DNA from: Escherichia phage BYEP01 | Direction: 5' to 3' (one strand) | Length of the DNA: 64,000 nt | Sequence record: OR757453.1 | Part shown: in pieces, positions 42,990 to 55,160 of the stretch | How the letters are laid out: each line of letters starts with the position of its first letter | How positions within the stretch are numbered: the first letter of the stretch is position 1 | The notes under the pieces: model-generated | Databases searched by the model: none | What the model was told of the DNA's origin: nothing | What the model saw: the letters and a program-made list of their open reading frames with translations, nothing else | Position numbers and translations under genes: made by a program

Positions 42990-44413
42990 TTAATGTTATC
43001 AAAAGTAGTGGTGTTTCTCAGAGCTTTGACCCACAAAAAATTATTAAAGTTTTATCTTGGGCAGCTGAAGGAACATCTGTAGATCCTTATGAATTATATG
43101 AAAATATTAAATCATATCTCCGTGATGGAATGACCACTGATGACATTCAGACTATTGTCATTAAGGCTGCTGCGAATTCTATTTCGGTTGAAGAGCCTGA
43201 TTATCAATATGTAGCTGCACGCTGTTTAATGTTTGCTCTTCGTAAGCATGTTTACGGGCAATATGAACCACGTTCATTTATTGACCATATTTCTTACTGC
43301 GTAAATGAAGGTAAATATGACCCTGAATTGTTGTCAAAATATTCAGCAGAAGAAATTACATTTTTAGAATCAAAAATTAAGCACGAGCGGGATATGGAAT
43401 TTACTTATTCCGGGGCGATGCAATTAAAAGAAAAATATCTAGTTAAAGATAAAACCACTGGTCAAATTTATGAAACTCCACAGTTTGCATTTATGGCTAT
43501 TGGAATGGCACTGCATCAAGATGAACCTGTTGATAGATTAAAACATGTCATTCGTTTTTATGAAGCAGTATCTACTCGACAGATTTCATTGCCAACTCCT
43601 ATTATGGCTGGTTGTCGTACTCCAACTCGACAGTTTAGTTCATGCGTTGTTATTGAAGCAGGTGATTCGCTGAAGTCTATCAATAAGGCTTCTGCTTCAA
43701 TTGTTGAGTATATTTCTAAACGAGCTGGAATTGGCATTAACGTTGGTATGATTCGTGCCGAAGGTTCTAAGATTAGCACAGGTGAAGTGCGTCATACTGG
43801 TGTTATTCCTTTTTGGAAACATTTTCAGACTGCAGTTAAATCATGCTCACAGGGTGGAATTCGTGGCGGCGCTGCTACTGCTTATTATCCTATTTGGCAT
43901 TTGGAAGTTGAAAATCTTCTCGTTTTGAAAAATAACAAAGGCGTAGAAGAAAACCGTATTCGTCATATGGATTATGGCGTCCAGCTGAATGATTTGATGA
44001 TGGAACGTTTTGGAAAGAACGACTACATTACTTTGTTCAGTCCACATGAAATGGGTGGTGAGCTTTATTATTCTTATTTTAAAGACCAAGACCGTTTCCG
44101 TGAATTATATGAAGCCGCAGAAAAAGACCCTAATATTCGTAAAAAGCGTATTAAAGCCCGTGAACTGTTTGAATTGCTCATGACTGAACGATCAGGAACA
44201 GCAAGGATTTATGTACAGTTCATAGATAATACGAATAACTATACTCCGTTTATTCGTGAAAAGGCACCTATTCGTCAGAGCAACTTGTGTTGTGAAATTG
44301 CTATTCCAACAAATGATGTGAATAGTCAACAAACCCGTTTAATCAAAATTAAGAAGTCGGATGTAGCTAAGTTTTATGAAGCTAATCCTGGCGGTATAAT
44401 TCAAAGCAAATAA
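42980..44413 (+). CDS. nrdA: ribonucleotide reductase large subunit, N-terminal fragment
   Basis: ATP cone; active-site NLCCEIAIPT; ends 28 aa after PTNDVNS in non-NrdA sequence. Confidence 0.85.
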   Translation: MQLINVIKSSGVSQSFDPQKIIKVLSWAAEGTSVDPYELYENIKSYLRDGMTTDDIQTIVIKAAANSISVEEPDYQYVAARCLMFALRKHVYGQYEPRSFIDHISYCVNEGKYDPELLSKYSAEEITFLESKIKHERDMEFTYSGAMQLKEKYLVKDKTTGQIYETPQFAFMAIGMALHQDEPVDRLKHVIRFYEAVSTRQISLPTPIMAGCRTPTRQFSSCVVIEAGDSLKSINKASASIVEYISKRAGIGINVGMIRAEGSKISTGEVRHTGVIPFWKHFQTAVKSCSQGGIRGGAATAYYPIWHLEVENLLVLKNNKGVEENRIRHMDYGVQLNDLMMERFGKNDYITLFSPHEMGGELYYSYFKDQDRFRELYEAAEKDPNIRKKRIKARELFELLMTERSGTARIYVQFIDNTNNYTPFIREKAPIRQSNLCCEIAIPTNDVNSQQTRLIKIKKSDVAKFYEANPGGIIQSK

Positions 44414-45227
44414 AGTACACAGACCGTTAATAATAAATAATCCATAACAAGAGGAAAAGTTATGGATTATTCTAAAATTTACAATAACCTTATTTCTAAA
44501 GCTAAGAATAGAAAATTAGATTGCTATACCGAATCACACCATATTATACCTCTGTGTATTGGCGGTTCTGATACAAAAGAAAACCTGGTAGATTTGACAC
44601 CAGAAGAGCATTACATAGCTCATCAATTATTAGTAAAGATATATCCAGATAATCATAAATTGATATTTGCCGCTAATATGATGTGTGTTTATTCTGAAGA
44701 TAATATTGAACGAAAGAACACCAATAAACGTCATGGGTGGCTTAGAAGAAAATTGGCTATTTCTGTATCTGAAAATAATAAAGGCAAACCGGCTTGGAAC
44801 AAAGGTATTCCTATGTCTCCAGAAGTTAAATCTCGACTTCAAACATCTTGGGTGTTTACATTTCCGGATGGTCATGAGGAAATTCATCGAGGTCTTAACG
44901 AATTTTGTAAAGAGCATAATTTAAATGCATCTGCGATGTCAGCCGTTTGTAAAGGTAAACGGGCGCATCACAAAGGATTTAAGTGTAAGAAATTGGATAA
45001 GATTTCAGAGCTTGATAATTTAGTTTTCGTCAGTAAACCTCATCCAAAGGGATTAAAACCCCATAACTTAATTGCTGTAAAAATAAACGGTATAGAATAT
45101 CAATCAATACATCGAGCATCTAAAGCTTTAGGAATTACTAGAAAAAAGGTAGAAGAATTAAATGAATATTGATTATGAATTTGTAGATGAATTTTACGAA
45201 GATGATGAGTATACTACAATAGAAGTT
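44327..45227 (+). mobile_element. homing endonuclease insertion splitting nrdA
   Basis: about 900 nt between NrdA-homologous segments; contains the HNH ORF; no group I core motifs; stops in all continuing frames. Confidence 0.7.
44462..45172 (+). CDS. HNH homing endonuclease (MobE-like)
   Basis: 236 aa; HNH core ESHHIIPLCIGGSDTKENLVDLTPEEH; AGAGGA RBS. Confidence 0.75.
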   Translation: MDYSKIYNNLISKAKNRKLDCYTESHHIIPLCIGGSDTKENLVDLTPEEHYIAHQLLVKIYPDNHKLIFAANMMCVYSEDNIERKNTNKRHGWLRRKLAISVSENNKGKPAWNKGIPMSPEVKSRLQTSWVFTFPDGHEEIHRGLNEFCKEHNLNASAMSAVCKGKRAHHKGFKCKKLDKISELDNLVFVSKPHPKGLKPHNLIAVKINGIEYQSIHRASKALGITRKKVEELNEY

Positions 45228-46151
45228 ATTGAAAACAGGGGAGAAGTGGGGCTTTGTACCCTTAGCGCATTTGTGTTGGATAACTTCGATTGGCAAGACC
45301 AAGACAAAATTAATGAATTAGCAGAAGTTCAAGTTCGTGCTCTTGATAATCTTTTGGACTACCAAGGATATCCAGTTCCTGAAGCAGAAAAAGCTAAAAA
45401 GCGTCGAAACCTTGGCGTAGGTGTTACTAACTATGCAGCTTGGCTGGCAAGTAACTTTGCTTCTTATGAAGATGCTAACGATTTAACACATGAACTATTT
45501 GAGAGATTGCAGTATGGACTCATTAAAGCATCCATTAAGCTCGCCAAAGAAAAAGGACCTTGCGAATATTATTCAGACACTCGTTGGTCTCGAGGCGAAT
45601 TACCTATCGACTGGTACAATAAAAAGATTGACCAAATCGCAGCTCCAAAATACGTTTGTGATTGGGACGAACTTCGATCTGAACTCAAACAGCATGGAAT
45701 TCGAAATTCTACTTTATCCGCGTTGATGCCGTGTGAATCATCCAGTCAGGTATCTAACAGTACAAACGGTATCGAGCCTCCACGTGGACCAGTCTCTGTT
45801 AAAGAATCAAAAGAGGGTTCCTTTAATCAAGTCGTGCCCAATATTGAGCATAACATAGACCTCTATGATTATACGTGGAAATTAGCTAAGAAAGGTAATA
45901 AACCTTATCTTACGCAGGTAGCTATTATGCTGAAATGGGTATGTCAATCAGCTTCAGCGAATACATATTATGACCCGCAGATTTTTCCAAAAGGAAAGGT
46001 TCCAATGTCTGTAATGATTGATGACATGCTATACGGATGGTATTATGGCATTAAAAACTTCTATTATCATAATACCCGTGATGGTTCTGGTACTGATGAT
46101 TATGAAATAGAAACTCCCAAAGCTGAAGATTGTTCATCCTGTAAATTATGA
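45162..46151 (+). CDS. nrdA: ribonucleotide reductase large subunit, C-terminal fragment
   Basis: aligns with E. coli NrdA from GEVGLCTLSAF to C-terminal CSSCKL; own ATG overlaps the HNH ORF end. Confidence 0.85.
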   Translation: MNIDYEFVDEFYEDDEYTTIEVIENRGEVGLCTLSAFVLDNFDWQDQDKINELAEVQVRALDNLLDYQGYPVPEAEKAKKRRNLGVGVTNYAAWLASNFASYEDANDLTHELFERLQYGLIKASIKLAKEKGPCEYYSDTRWSRGELPIDWYNKKIDQIAAPKYVCDWDELRSELKQHGIRNSTLSALMPCESSSQVSNSTNGIEPPRGPVSVKESKEGSFNQVVPNIEHNIDLYDYTWKLAKKGNKPYLTQVAIMLKWVCQSASANTYYDPQIFPKGKVPMSVMIDDMLYGWYYGIKNFYYHNTRDGSGTDDYEIETPKAEDCSSCKL

Positions 46152-46202
46152 TATAATTTGACTCATGGACGAGTCACCAACTATTAACTAAGTGGAAAAT
46201 TT

Positions 46203-46878
46203 ATGAGCACAGTTTTTAATACAAATCCAGTTGATGTTTTAACAGAACCTATGTTCTTCGGTTCAGGTCTTGGAATTGCACGTTATGATATTCAACGACA
46301 TAAGGTATTTGAAGAACTTATTGAACGTTCGCTCTCGTTTTTCTGGCGGCCTGAAGAAGTAAACTTAATGATGGATGCTGCACAATTTAACAAGCTCCCA
46401 GAACACCAAAAATCTATATTTATCAATAACTTAAAATACCAGTCATTGTTAGACTCCATCCAGGGGCGTGCACCATCTGCGGTACTTATGCCATTGCTTT
46501 CAGATCCAAGCCTTGATACATGGGTAGCAACATGGACTTTTAGCGAAACTATTCACAGTCGTTCATATACCCATATCATGCGTAACTTGTTCAATGACCC
46601 TGCTAAGGTATTTGATGAGATTGTACTAGATGAAGCTATCATGAAACGTGCTGAATCTATCGGTCGCTATTATGATGATGTTCTGACTAAAACCCGTGAA
46701 TGGGAAAATGCTAAAGAATTTACAGAACTAGCTAAAGAATCTCCTGATGCTGTTTTTCGTTTAAATCGAGCTATTAAACAAGAAGCCGAAGCTAAACGTG
46801 CTTTAATGAAATCTCTTTACCTCTGTTTGCACGTTATTAATGCCTTAGAAGCTATTCGTTTTTATGTATCTTTTGCGT
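46203..46878 (+). CDS. nrdB: ribonucleotide reductase small subunit, exon 1
   Basis: ends ...RFYVSFA plus one nt at the 5' splice site. Confidence 0.85.
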
Positions 46879-47182
46879 AAAATGCGCCTTTAAACGGTAA
46901 CGTTTATCGAAAACTCCTTTAATTGCTGGAAAGTCCTTTATAGGAAAACTAGCAGCCAAGGTTTTGCTTGCACCTTTAATTAGCATAATATAAATGATTA
47001 TACTTTTAAGAGGATGCACAATTGCAAAGCAAGGTTCAACGACTAGTCTTCGGACGTAGGGTCAAGCGACTCGAAATGGGGAGAATCCCTCTGGGATTGT
47101 GATATAGTCTGGTCTGCATAGTAATATGTAGCAGTTCATAAGAGAACGGGTTGAGAATTAGCGAGCTCAATCGAACATAACG
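46879..47182 (+). ncRNA. group I self-splicing intron in nrdB, compact, no endonuclease ORF
   Basis: 304 nt; core GGGTCAAGCGACTCGAAATGGGGAGAATCCC; ends with G; splicing restores FYVSFACTFNFHKNMEIMEGNAKI. Confidence 0.8.
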
Positions 47183-47685
47183 GTACCTTTAACTTCCATA
47201 AGAACATGGAAATCATGGAAGGTAATGCCAAGATTATGAAGTTCATTGCACGTGATGAGCAGCTTCACCTTAAAGGCACCCAATATATTATTCGTCAACT
47301 TCAATCCGGTACTGATGGCGATGAATGGGTTAAAATTGCTCAAGAGTGTGAACAAGAAGCAGTTGATATTTTCATGGAAGTTAACCGCCAAGAAAAAGAC
47401 TGGGCAGTTCATTTATTTAAAGATGGCGATGTTCCTGGATTAAATACAAATAGCATGTGGAGCTTTATTGATTACTTAACTGTATCTCGTATGAAACAGT
47501 GCGGTCTTCCATGCCCAATTACCGATGCTCCGGTTAAACATCCGTATCCTTGGATTCGTGAATACCTTAATTCTGATAATGTTCAATCCGCGCCACAAGA
47601 AGTAGAACTGTCATCTTACCTTGTTGCACAGATTGATAATGATGTTGATGATAAAGTTATGATGAGTTTTAAAAAATACTTTTAA
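47183..47685 (+). CDS. nrdB: ribonucleotide reductase small subunit, exon 2
   Basis: in-frame continuation; joined product about 392 aa. Confidence 0.85.
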
Positions 47686-47689
47686 GGAG

Positions 47690-47710
47690 TGGGCCGCAAG
47701 GCCCATTTTA
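47690..47710 (+). terminator. hairpin terminator
   Basis: TGGGCC-GCAA-GGCCCA then TTTTATT. Confidence 0.6.
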
Positions 47711-47712
47711 TT

Positions 47713-49300
<1,588 letters not shown>

Positions 49301-49303
49301 GCT

Positions 49304-49357
49304 GTTTACAAGTCCCTCATGTTGTGTTACAGTAGTCTTACTGACATAACATGAGGA
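49304..49357 (+). promoter_or_regulatory. early promoter within a long imperfect inverted repeat; second copy at 62898..62951
   Basis: GTTTACAAGTCCCTCATGTTGTGTTACAGTAGTCTTACTGACATAACATGAGGA. Confidence 0.55.
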
Positions 49358-49364
49358 CTTTATG

Positions 49365-49868
49365 ATGGATTTACAGCTTATTACTACTGAAATGGTCGTT
49401 GAAGCATACGGTGATACTACAGATGGGATTTTTGTATTTAAAGGAAATCGTCGAGTTGGATATATCACCGATCTTAAGAAAGATTTAGCTAAGCAAGTCA
49501 AGCGGAAAACGACCATTAAAGAATATCGAAATCGTCGTCTTGAGCAAGCCCGTGATATGCTTCCTGATGCAGTTGAGGAGATGAAAGTCTTTTTAGAAAA
49601 TCAGCTTGCGAAATATGATTGTGATGTGTTCATTAATCAGACTCAACCTAATGTTCATATCAATAATTGTAAATGCTACATCATCGTTAATCCTTTGACG
49701 GGAAAACATCGTCTTGGAATCAGTAATCCAAATCGTAGCGCATCGGATATGGCAGAAGATGTTGAGGCATGCTTTAAAATTTCTAAATCTCCTGCTGAAC
49801 ATCATATTTTAATTAACGGTCTTTCTCAAGACGATATTATAGAGGTTATTAAAACTTTATGCAATTAA
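49365..49868 (+). CDS. alc: Alc transcription terminator protein
   Basis: 167 aa; position between gene 63 and the pseT ORFs. Confidence 0.65.
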   Translation: MDLQLITTEMVVEAYGDTTDGIFVFKGNRRVGYITDLKKDLAKQVKRKTTIKEYRNRRLEQARDMLPDAVEEMKVFLENQLAKYDCDVFINQTQPNVHINNCKCYIIVNPLTGKHRLGISNPNRSASDMAEDVEACFKISKSPAEHHILINGLSQDDIIEVIKTLCN

Positions 49869-50212
49869 GTAATACGACAGCAGGCTTGCTATTAATTGTA
49901 ATTGCATTGGGCGGAACTTCTTTAATTTTAAAAAATAAAATTGAAAGATTAGAAACGTCTGTTGTAGAAATTACAAAAACGGCCAATGAAAACGCTTTAG
50001 CATTAAATAATTTGCGAATTCAGTATAATTATATTGATGCGATGAATAATAAAAATCGTGAGGCAATTGCTGCTATTGAGCGTGAAAATGAAAAACTGCG
50101 CAAAGACGCAAAGAAGGCGGATGTGGTGGCTCATAAGCCAGGATTGGTTGAAAAACAAATCAACAACTCCTTCAACAAGTTCGCAGAAGACATCCAGGAC
50201 CTTTCTAAATGA
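49859..50212 (+). CDS. i-spanin (pseT.3-like)
   Basis: 117 aa; N-terminal transmembrane helix then coiled-coil-like region. Confidence 0.55.
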   Translation: MQLSNTTAGLLLIVIALGGTSLILKNKIERLETSVVEITKTANENALALNNLRIQYNYIDAMNNKNREAIAAIERENEKLRKDAKKADVVAHKPGLVEKQINNSFNKFAEDIQDLSK

Positions 50213-50508
50213 TTAGACTATCAGCAGTAATATTATCTATTGGTCTTCTAGTTGGTTGTTCGACAAAGCCTCTAGAAGTAAAGAAAGAAACAGTTCATCC
50301 TAATTGGCCTGTACAAATAAAGTCATATGATGAAGCTAAACTATCTTGGCAAGTTAAAGTTATTGATGGTAAAGCTTGGGTTGGTATGCCATTTGAAGAT
50401 TCCCAGGAATTTCGTATTTGGCTTAATGATGTAAAACGATATGTACATGATCAGAAAACTATGATATGTTATTATCGCCAAGAGTTAAAAGAGGATAAAT
50501 GCAAATGA
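50209..50508 (+). CDS. o-spanin lipoprotein (pseT.2-like)
   Basis: 99 aa; signal peptide with lipobox LVGC. Confidence 0.6.
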   Translation: MIRLSAVILSIGLLVGCSTKPLEVKKETVHPNWPVQIKSYDEAKLSWQVKVIDGKAWVGMPFEDSQEFRIWLNDVKRYVHDQKTMICYYRQELKEDKCK

Positions 50509-50731
50509 TTTCATGGCATCAATTTGAACATCTCAAAGGATTGATTTATGAATCCGAGATGGCTGCAATGATTTATGGACGCCAGATTCAACGATTAGAA
50601 TCTTTACCTCCAACCAATGATGTTTTATTAGCTCAATCACGTGCTAATCTTAAAAATGAATATCAAAATAAGTGGGGTAAAGCATCTAAAGACCTGCATG
50701 ATTATATTCAATCATTAGTTGAGAAAAATAA

Positions 50732-50735
<4 letters not shown>
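50499..50735 (+). CDS. hypothetical protein
   Basis: 78 aa ORF. Confidence 0.4.
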
Positions 50736-51947
<1,212 letters not shown>

Positions 51948-51948
<1 letters not shown>

Positions 51949-52145
51949 TGGCTTTACATCATGAAACTTGGGCTATTATTATTGTAAATAGTGGTTTAGT
52001 TGGTACTAGTAATGGGCAATTTTGTGTATTCACTAGTGAAATCAGAGCTTGGGAGGAATGCCTTAAATTAAGAGAAAAGAATCCTGATGTTGAACTAACA
52101 GTAAAGAAAACTAAACTGCCTTTACCATGGAAAACTTATGAATAA
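51948..52145 (+). CDS. hypothetical protein
   Basis: 65 aa ORF. Confidence 0.35.
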
Positions 52146-52338
52146 CATAGAAAAGATTTATCAACTTTGCGATAAAATTGAAAAAGAAAAGAAATATCTA
52201 TTTTGTTTATGGCCTATTGTTGATGGAAGAATAGACTTAGATATTCTTGATTATGAAACAGAAGACATAGTAGATGGTTCAACTTTTGATAATGCGTTGG
52301 ATGTTATTAATTGGCTTGAAGAAAATTATGTGGGGTGA
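52138..52338 (+). CDS. hypothetical protein
   Basis: 66 aa ORF. Confidence 0.35.
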   Translation: MNNIEKIYQLCDKIEKEKKYLFCLWPIVDGRIDLDILDYETEDIVDGSTFDNALDVINWLEENYVG

Positions 52339-52616
52339 ATATGTTTCCGACTTATTCTAAAATCGTAGAAGTAGTGTTTAGTCAAATTATCGCTAATAAT
52401 ATGTTTGAAAAGCTTGATAACGCAGCCGAGCTTCGAATTCATGCTCAAGTGACTCATGTATTGAACACTTTGCTTCCAGACCAGGTGGATTCTATTGCAA
52501 TTACGCTGTATCCGGGTTCCGCGCATATCATTGTCGTATTTGGTCTTGATGCTGAGCTAGTCATCAAAGGCGATATTCGCTTTGAATCACAGACATCAGA
52601 ATTCAAAGCAATTTAA
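52335..52616 (+). CDS. hypothetical protein
   Basis: 93 aa ORF. Confidence 0.4.
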   Translation: MNMFPTYSKIVEVVFSQIIANNMFEKLDNAAELRIHAQVTHVLNTLLPDQVDSIAITLYPGSAHIIVVFGLDAELVIKGDIRFESQTSEFKAI

Positions 52617-52618
52617 TG

Positions 52619-52657
52619 GTTTACTTTATGGTAGAGTTGTGATATTATAGCTCTACC
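52619..52657 (+). promoter_or_regulatory. early promoter with inverted repeat around -10
   Basis: GTTTAC; GGTAGAG / CTCTACC arms around GATATTATAG. Confidence 0.5.
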
Positions 52658-52678
52658 AAAACAAATGAGGAAAACAAA

Positions 52679-52913
52679 ATGCTAAGTGAAAACCAATTAC
52701 TGTTAAAGAATTCCAAGAAAAAGTTAAACTATTTGCTCAGGAATTGGTAAATAAGGTTTCTGAACGATTTCCAGAAACATCGGTTCGTGTTATTACCGAA
52801 ACTCCTCGTTCAGTATTAGTAATTGTGAATCCAGGTGATGGTGACCAAATAACACATCTCAAATTGGATTTTGATGGATTAGTTGAAGCACAAAGGGTGT
52901 ATGGCGTACTATG
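52679..52913 (+). pseudogene. small gene with apparent 1-nt frameshift in an A-run
   Basis: ATG with GAGGAAAA RBS opens a frame that stops after 23 codons; adjacent frame has a 75-codon open frame with no start, ending in ATGA overlap with the next gene. Confidence 0.5.
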
Positions 52914-53249
52914 ATGAATTTAACTGATATAATTGATAATTGTCTTGAAAATGATACTGGCGATCATAGAGCGCTTGATTCTGAAACAGCACAGTTCATT
53001 AGAATAACTTTAATGAATGATACTCTAGTGAATAGTATTCATCCTTCTGTGTATGATGCTATTATTGTGACGAAGTATCCAGTTGAGCTTCACAAAAAGA
53101 TGGTTGGTGCAATTTTTATTGATAAGAAAAACCGCTTTAAAGATGGGCAGAATATAATTAGTTCTGTTATTAAAAGTATAACTAAACTTCGTCACGAAAT
53201 TTATCGTGTTGAAACTGCTAAATCTGCTTATCTGGTGATTATGAAATGA
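52911..53249 (+). CDS. hypothetical protein
   Basis: 112 aa ORF. Confidence 0.4.
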   Translation: MMNLTDIIDNCLENDTGDHRALDSETAQFIRITLMNDTLVNSIHPSVYDAIIVTKYPVELHKKMVGAIFIDKKNRFKDGQNIISSVIKSITKLRHEIYRVETAKSAYLVIMK

Positions 53250-53827
53250 AAGCGAGTACAGTACTTCAAATTGCATATTTAGTATCACAAGAATCCAAAT
53301 GTTGCTCCTGGAAGGTAGGAGCAGTAATTGAAAAGAATGGACGTATTATTTCTACCGGATATAATGGTTCACCTGCAGGTGGTGTGAACTGCTGTGATTA
53401 TGCTGCTGAGCAAGGTTGGTTGCTGAATAAGCCTAAACATACTATCATTCAAGGTCATAAGCCTGAATGTGTATCGTTTGGTTCAACTGATCGTTTTGTT
53501 TTGGCGAAAGAACACCGTAGTGCTCACTCTGAATGGTCGTCTAAAAATGAAATTCATGCTGAACTAAATGCGATTTTGTTTGCTGCGCGAAATGGTTCTT
53601 CAATTGAAGGTGCTACTATGTATGTAACACTTTCTCCTTGCCCAGATTGTGCAAAAGCGATAGCTCAATCTGGAATTAAAAAGTTGGTTTATTGCGAAAC
53701 ATACGATAAAAATAAACCTGGCTGGGATGATATTCTGCGAAATGCGGGTATTGAAGTGTTTAATGTTCCTAAGAAAAACTTGAATAAGTTAAACTGGGAA
53801 AATATCAACGAATTCTGTGGTGAATAA
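53246..53827 (+). CDS. cd: dCMP deaminase
   Basis: 193 aa; zinc-binding HAELNA and SPCPDCAK motifs. Confidence 0.9.
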   Translation: MKASTVLQIAYLVSQESKCCSWKVGAVIEKNGRIISTGYNGSPAGGVNCCDYAAEQGWLLNKPKHTIIQGHKPECVSFGSTDRFVLAKEHRSAHSEWSSKNEIHAELNAILFAARNGSSIEGATMYVTLSPCPDCAKAIAQSGIKKLVYCETYDKNKPGWDDILRNAGIEVFNVPKKNLNKLNWENINEFCGE

Positions 53828-54063
53828 TGAAATTTCGTTTGGTACAGCTCACAGCAATTAGTTCTTATTCCAACGAGAATATTTCATTTGCTGTAGAGTA
53901 TAAGAAGTATTTTTTCTCTAAATGGAAGCAGTATTATAAGTCAAACTGGGTTTGTATTGATAGACCGCATAGTTGGAAATCTGATTTAGAAAAATGCCAA
54001 AAATTGCTTTCCACTCTTAAAGAACGTGGAACAACCCATATTAAAACTGTGATAGGTAAATAA
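53827..54063 (+). CDS. hypothetical protein
   Basis: 78 aa ORF. Confidence 0.35.
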   Translation: MKFRLVQLTAISSYSNENISFAVEYKKYFFSKWKQYYKSNWVCIDRPHSWKSDLEKCQKLLSTLKERGTTHIKTVIGK

Positions 54064-54372
54064 ATGAAACTGACGACTGAACAAAAAGTAGCAATTCGTG
54101 AAATTTTGAAAACTAAATTGTCCATGGGTATTTCAAACGTGGTTTTTGAAAAGTCTGATGGTACTATTCGTACCATGAAAGGCACTCGTGATGCAGACTT
54201 TATGCCAACCATGCAAACTGGTAAATTGACTGAATCTACTCGGAAAGAATCTACTGATATGATTCCAGTATTTGATGTTGAGCTTGGTGCATGGCGAGGT
54301 TTTTCTATTGACAAATTGATTTCCGTTAATGGTATGAAAGTTGAGCATTTGCTTCAATTTATTGGTAAATAA
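54064..54372 (+). CDS. hypothetical protein
   Basis: 102 aa ORF. Confidence 0.4.
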   Translation: MKLTTEQKVAIREILKTKLSMGISNVVFEKSDGTIRTMKGTRDADFMPTMQTGKLTESTRKESTDMIPVFDVELGAWRGFSIDKLISVNGMKVEHLLQFIGK

Positions 54373-54428
54373 ATGCTTTAAGAATTATTTGTTATTATTA
54401 ATTTATCTGTTAACAAAAAGGAAAAACG

Positions 54429-54764
54429 ATGTCTGAAGTACAACAGCTACCAATTCGTGCTGTCGGTGAATATGTTATTTTAGTTTCTGAACCTGCACAA
54501 GCCGGTGATGAAGAAGTTACAGAATCAGGACTTATTATCGGTAAACGCGTTCAAGGTGAAGTTCCTGAACTGTGTGTAATTCACTCTGTCGGTCCTGATG
54601 TTCCTGAAGGTTTTTGTGAAGTTGGTGATTTGACTTCTCTTCCAGTTGGTCAAATTCGAAATGTTCCGCATCCTTTTGTAGCTCTGGGTCTTAAGCAGCC
54701 AAAAGAAATTAAACAAAAATTTGTTACCTGTCACTATAAAGCTATTCCGTGTCTTTATAAGTGA
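54429..54764 (+). CDS. 31: co-chaperonin gp31 (GroES analogue)
   Basis: 111 aa; matches T4 gp31. Confidence 0.85.
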   Translation: MSEVQQLPIRAVGEYVILVSEPAQAGDEEVTESGLIIGKRVQGEVPELCVIHSVGPDVPEGFCEVGDLTSLPVGQIRNVPHPFVALGLKQPKEIKQKFVTCHYKAIPCLYK

Positions 54765-54772
54765 TATAAATA
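54765..54772 (+). promoter_or_regulatory. late promoter TATAAATA
   Basis: exact TATAAATA immediately after the gene 31 stop, upstream of rIII. Confidence 0.5.
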
Positions 54773-54911
54773 ATAATATGAATTGGGTGTCGGAATAATA
54801 AGTTAACCGAACAATTCTATGTGGTAGTCTACAACTGAGAGATCTGTCGAAAGAAGATGAAATTCAGAAGAACGTGACTACCGAGTTTTAATCTCTAACG
54901 AGAATTTTTAA

Positions 54912-55160
54912 ATGATTAAACAATTACAACACGCTCTTGAACTGCAACGAAACGCATGGAATAATGGTCACGAAAACTATGGCGCATCTATTGATGTTGA
55001 AGCCGAAGCTCTTGAAATCCTGCGTTATTTCAAACATCTGAATCCTGCTCAAACTGCATTAGCTGCTGAGCTTCAGGAAAAAGATGAACTTAAATATGCT
55101 AAGCCTTTGGCTTCTGCTGCACGAAAAGCAGTTCGTCACTTTGTGGTAACACTGAAGTAA
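54912..55160 (+). CDS. rIII: rIII lysis inhibition accessory protein
   Basis: 82 aa; length and position fit T4 rIII. Confidence 0.65.
   Translation: MIKQLQHALELQRNAWNNGHENYGASIDVEAEALEILRYFKHLNPAQTALAAELQEKDELKYAKPLASAARKAVRHFVVTLK

Noticed and set aside
44327-45227. nrdA insert as an intein or group I intron
   Set aside because: Stop codons end the NrdA frame, so it is not an intein. No group I core motifs like those seen in the td and nrdB introns were found, and non-ORF sequence in the insert is only about 200 nt.
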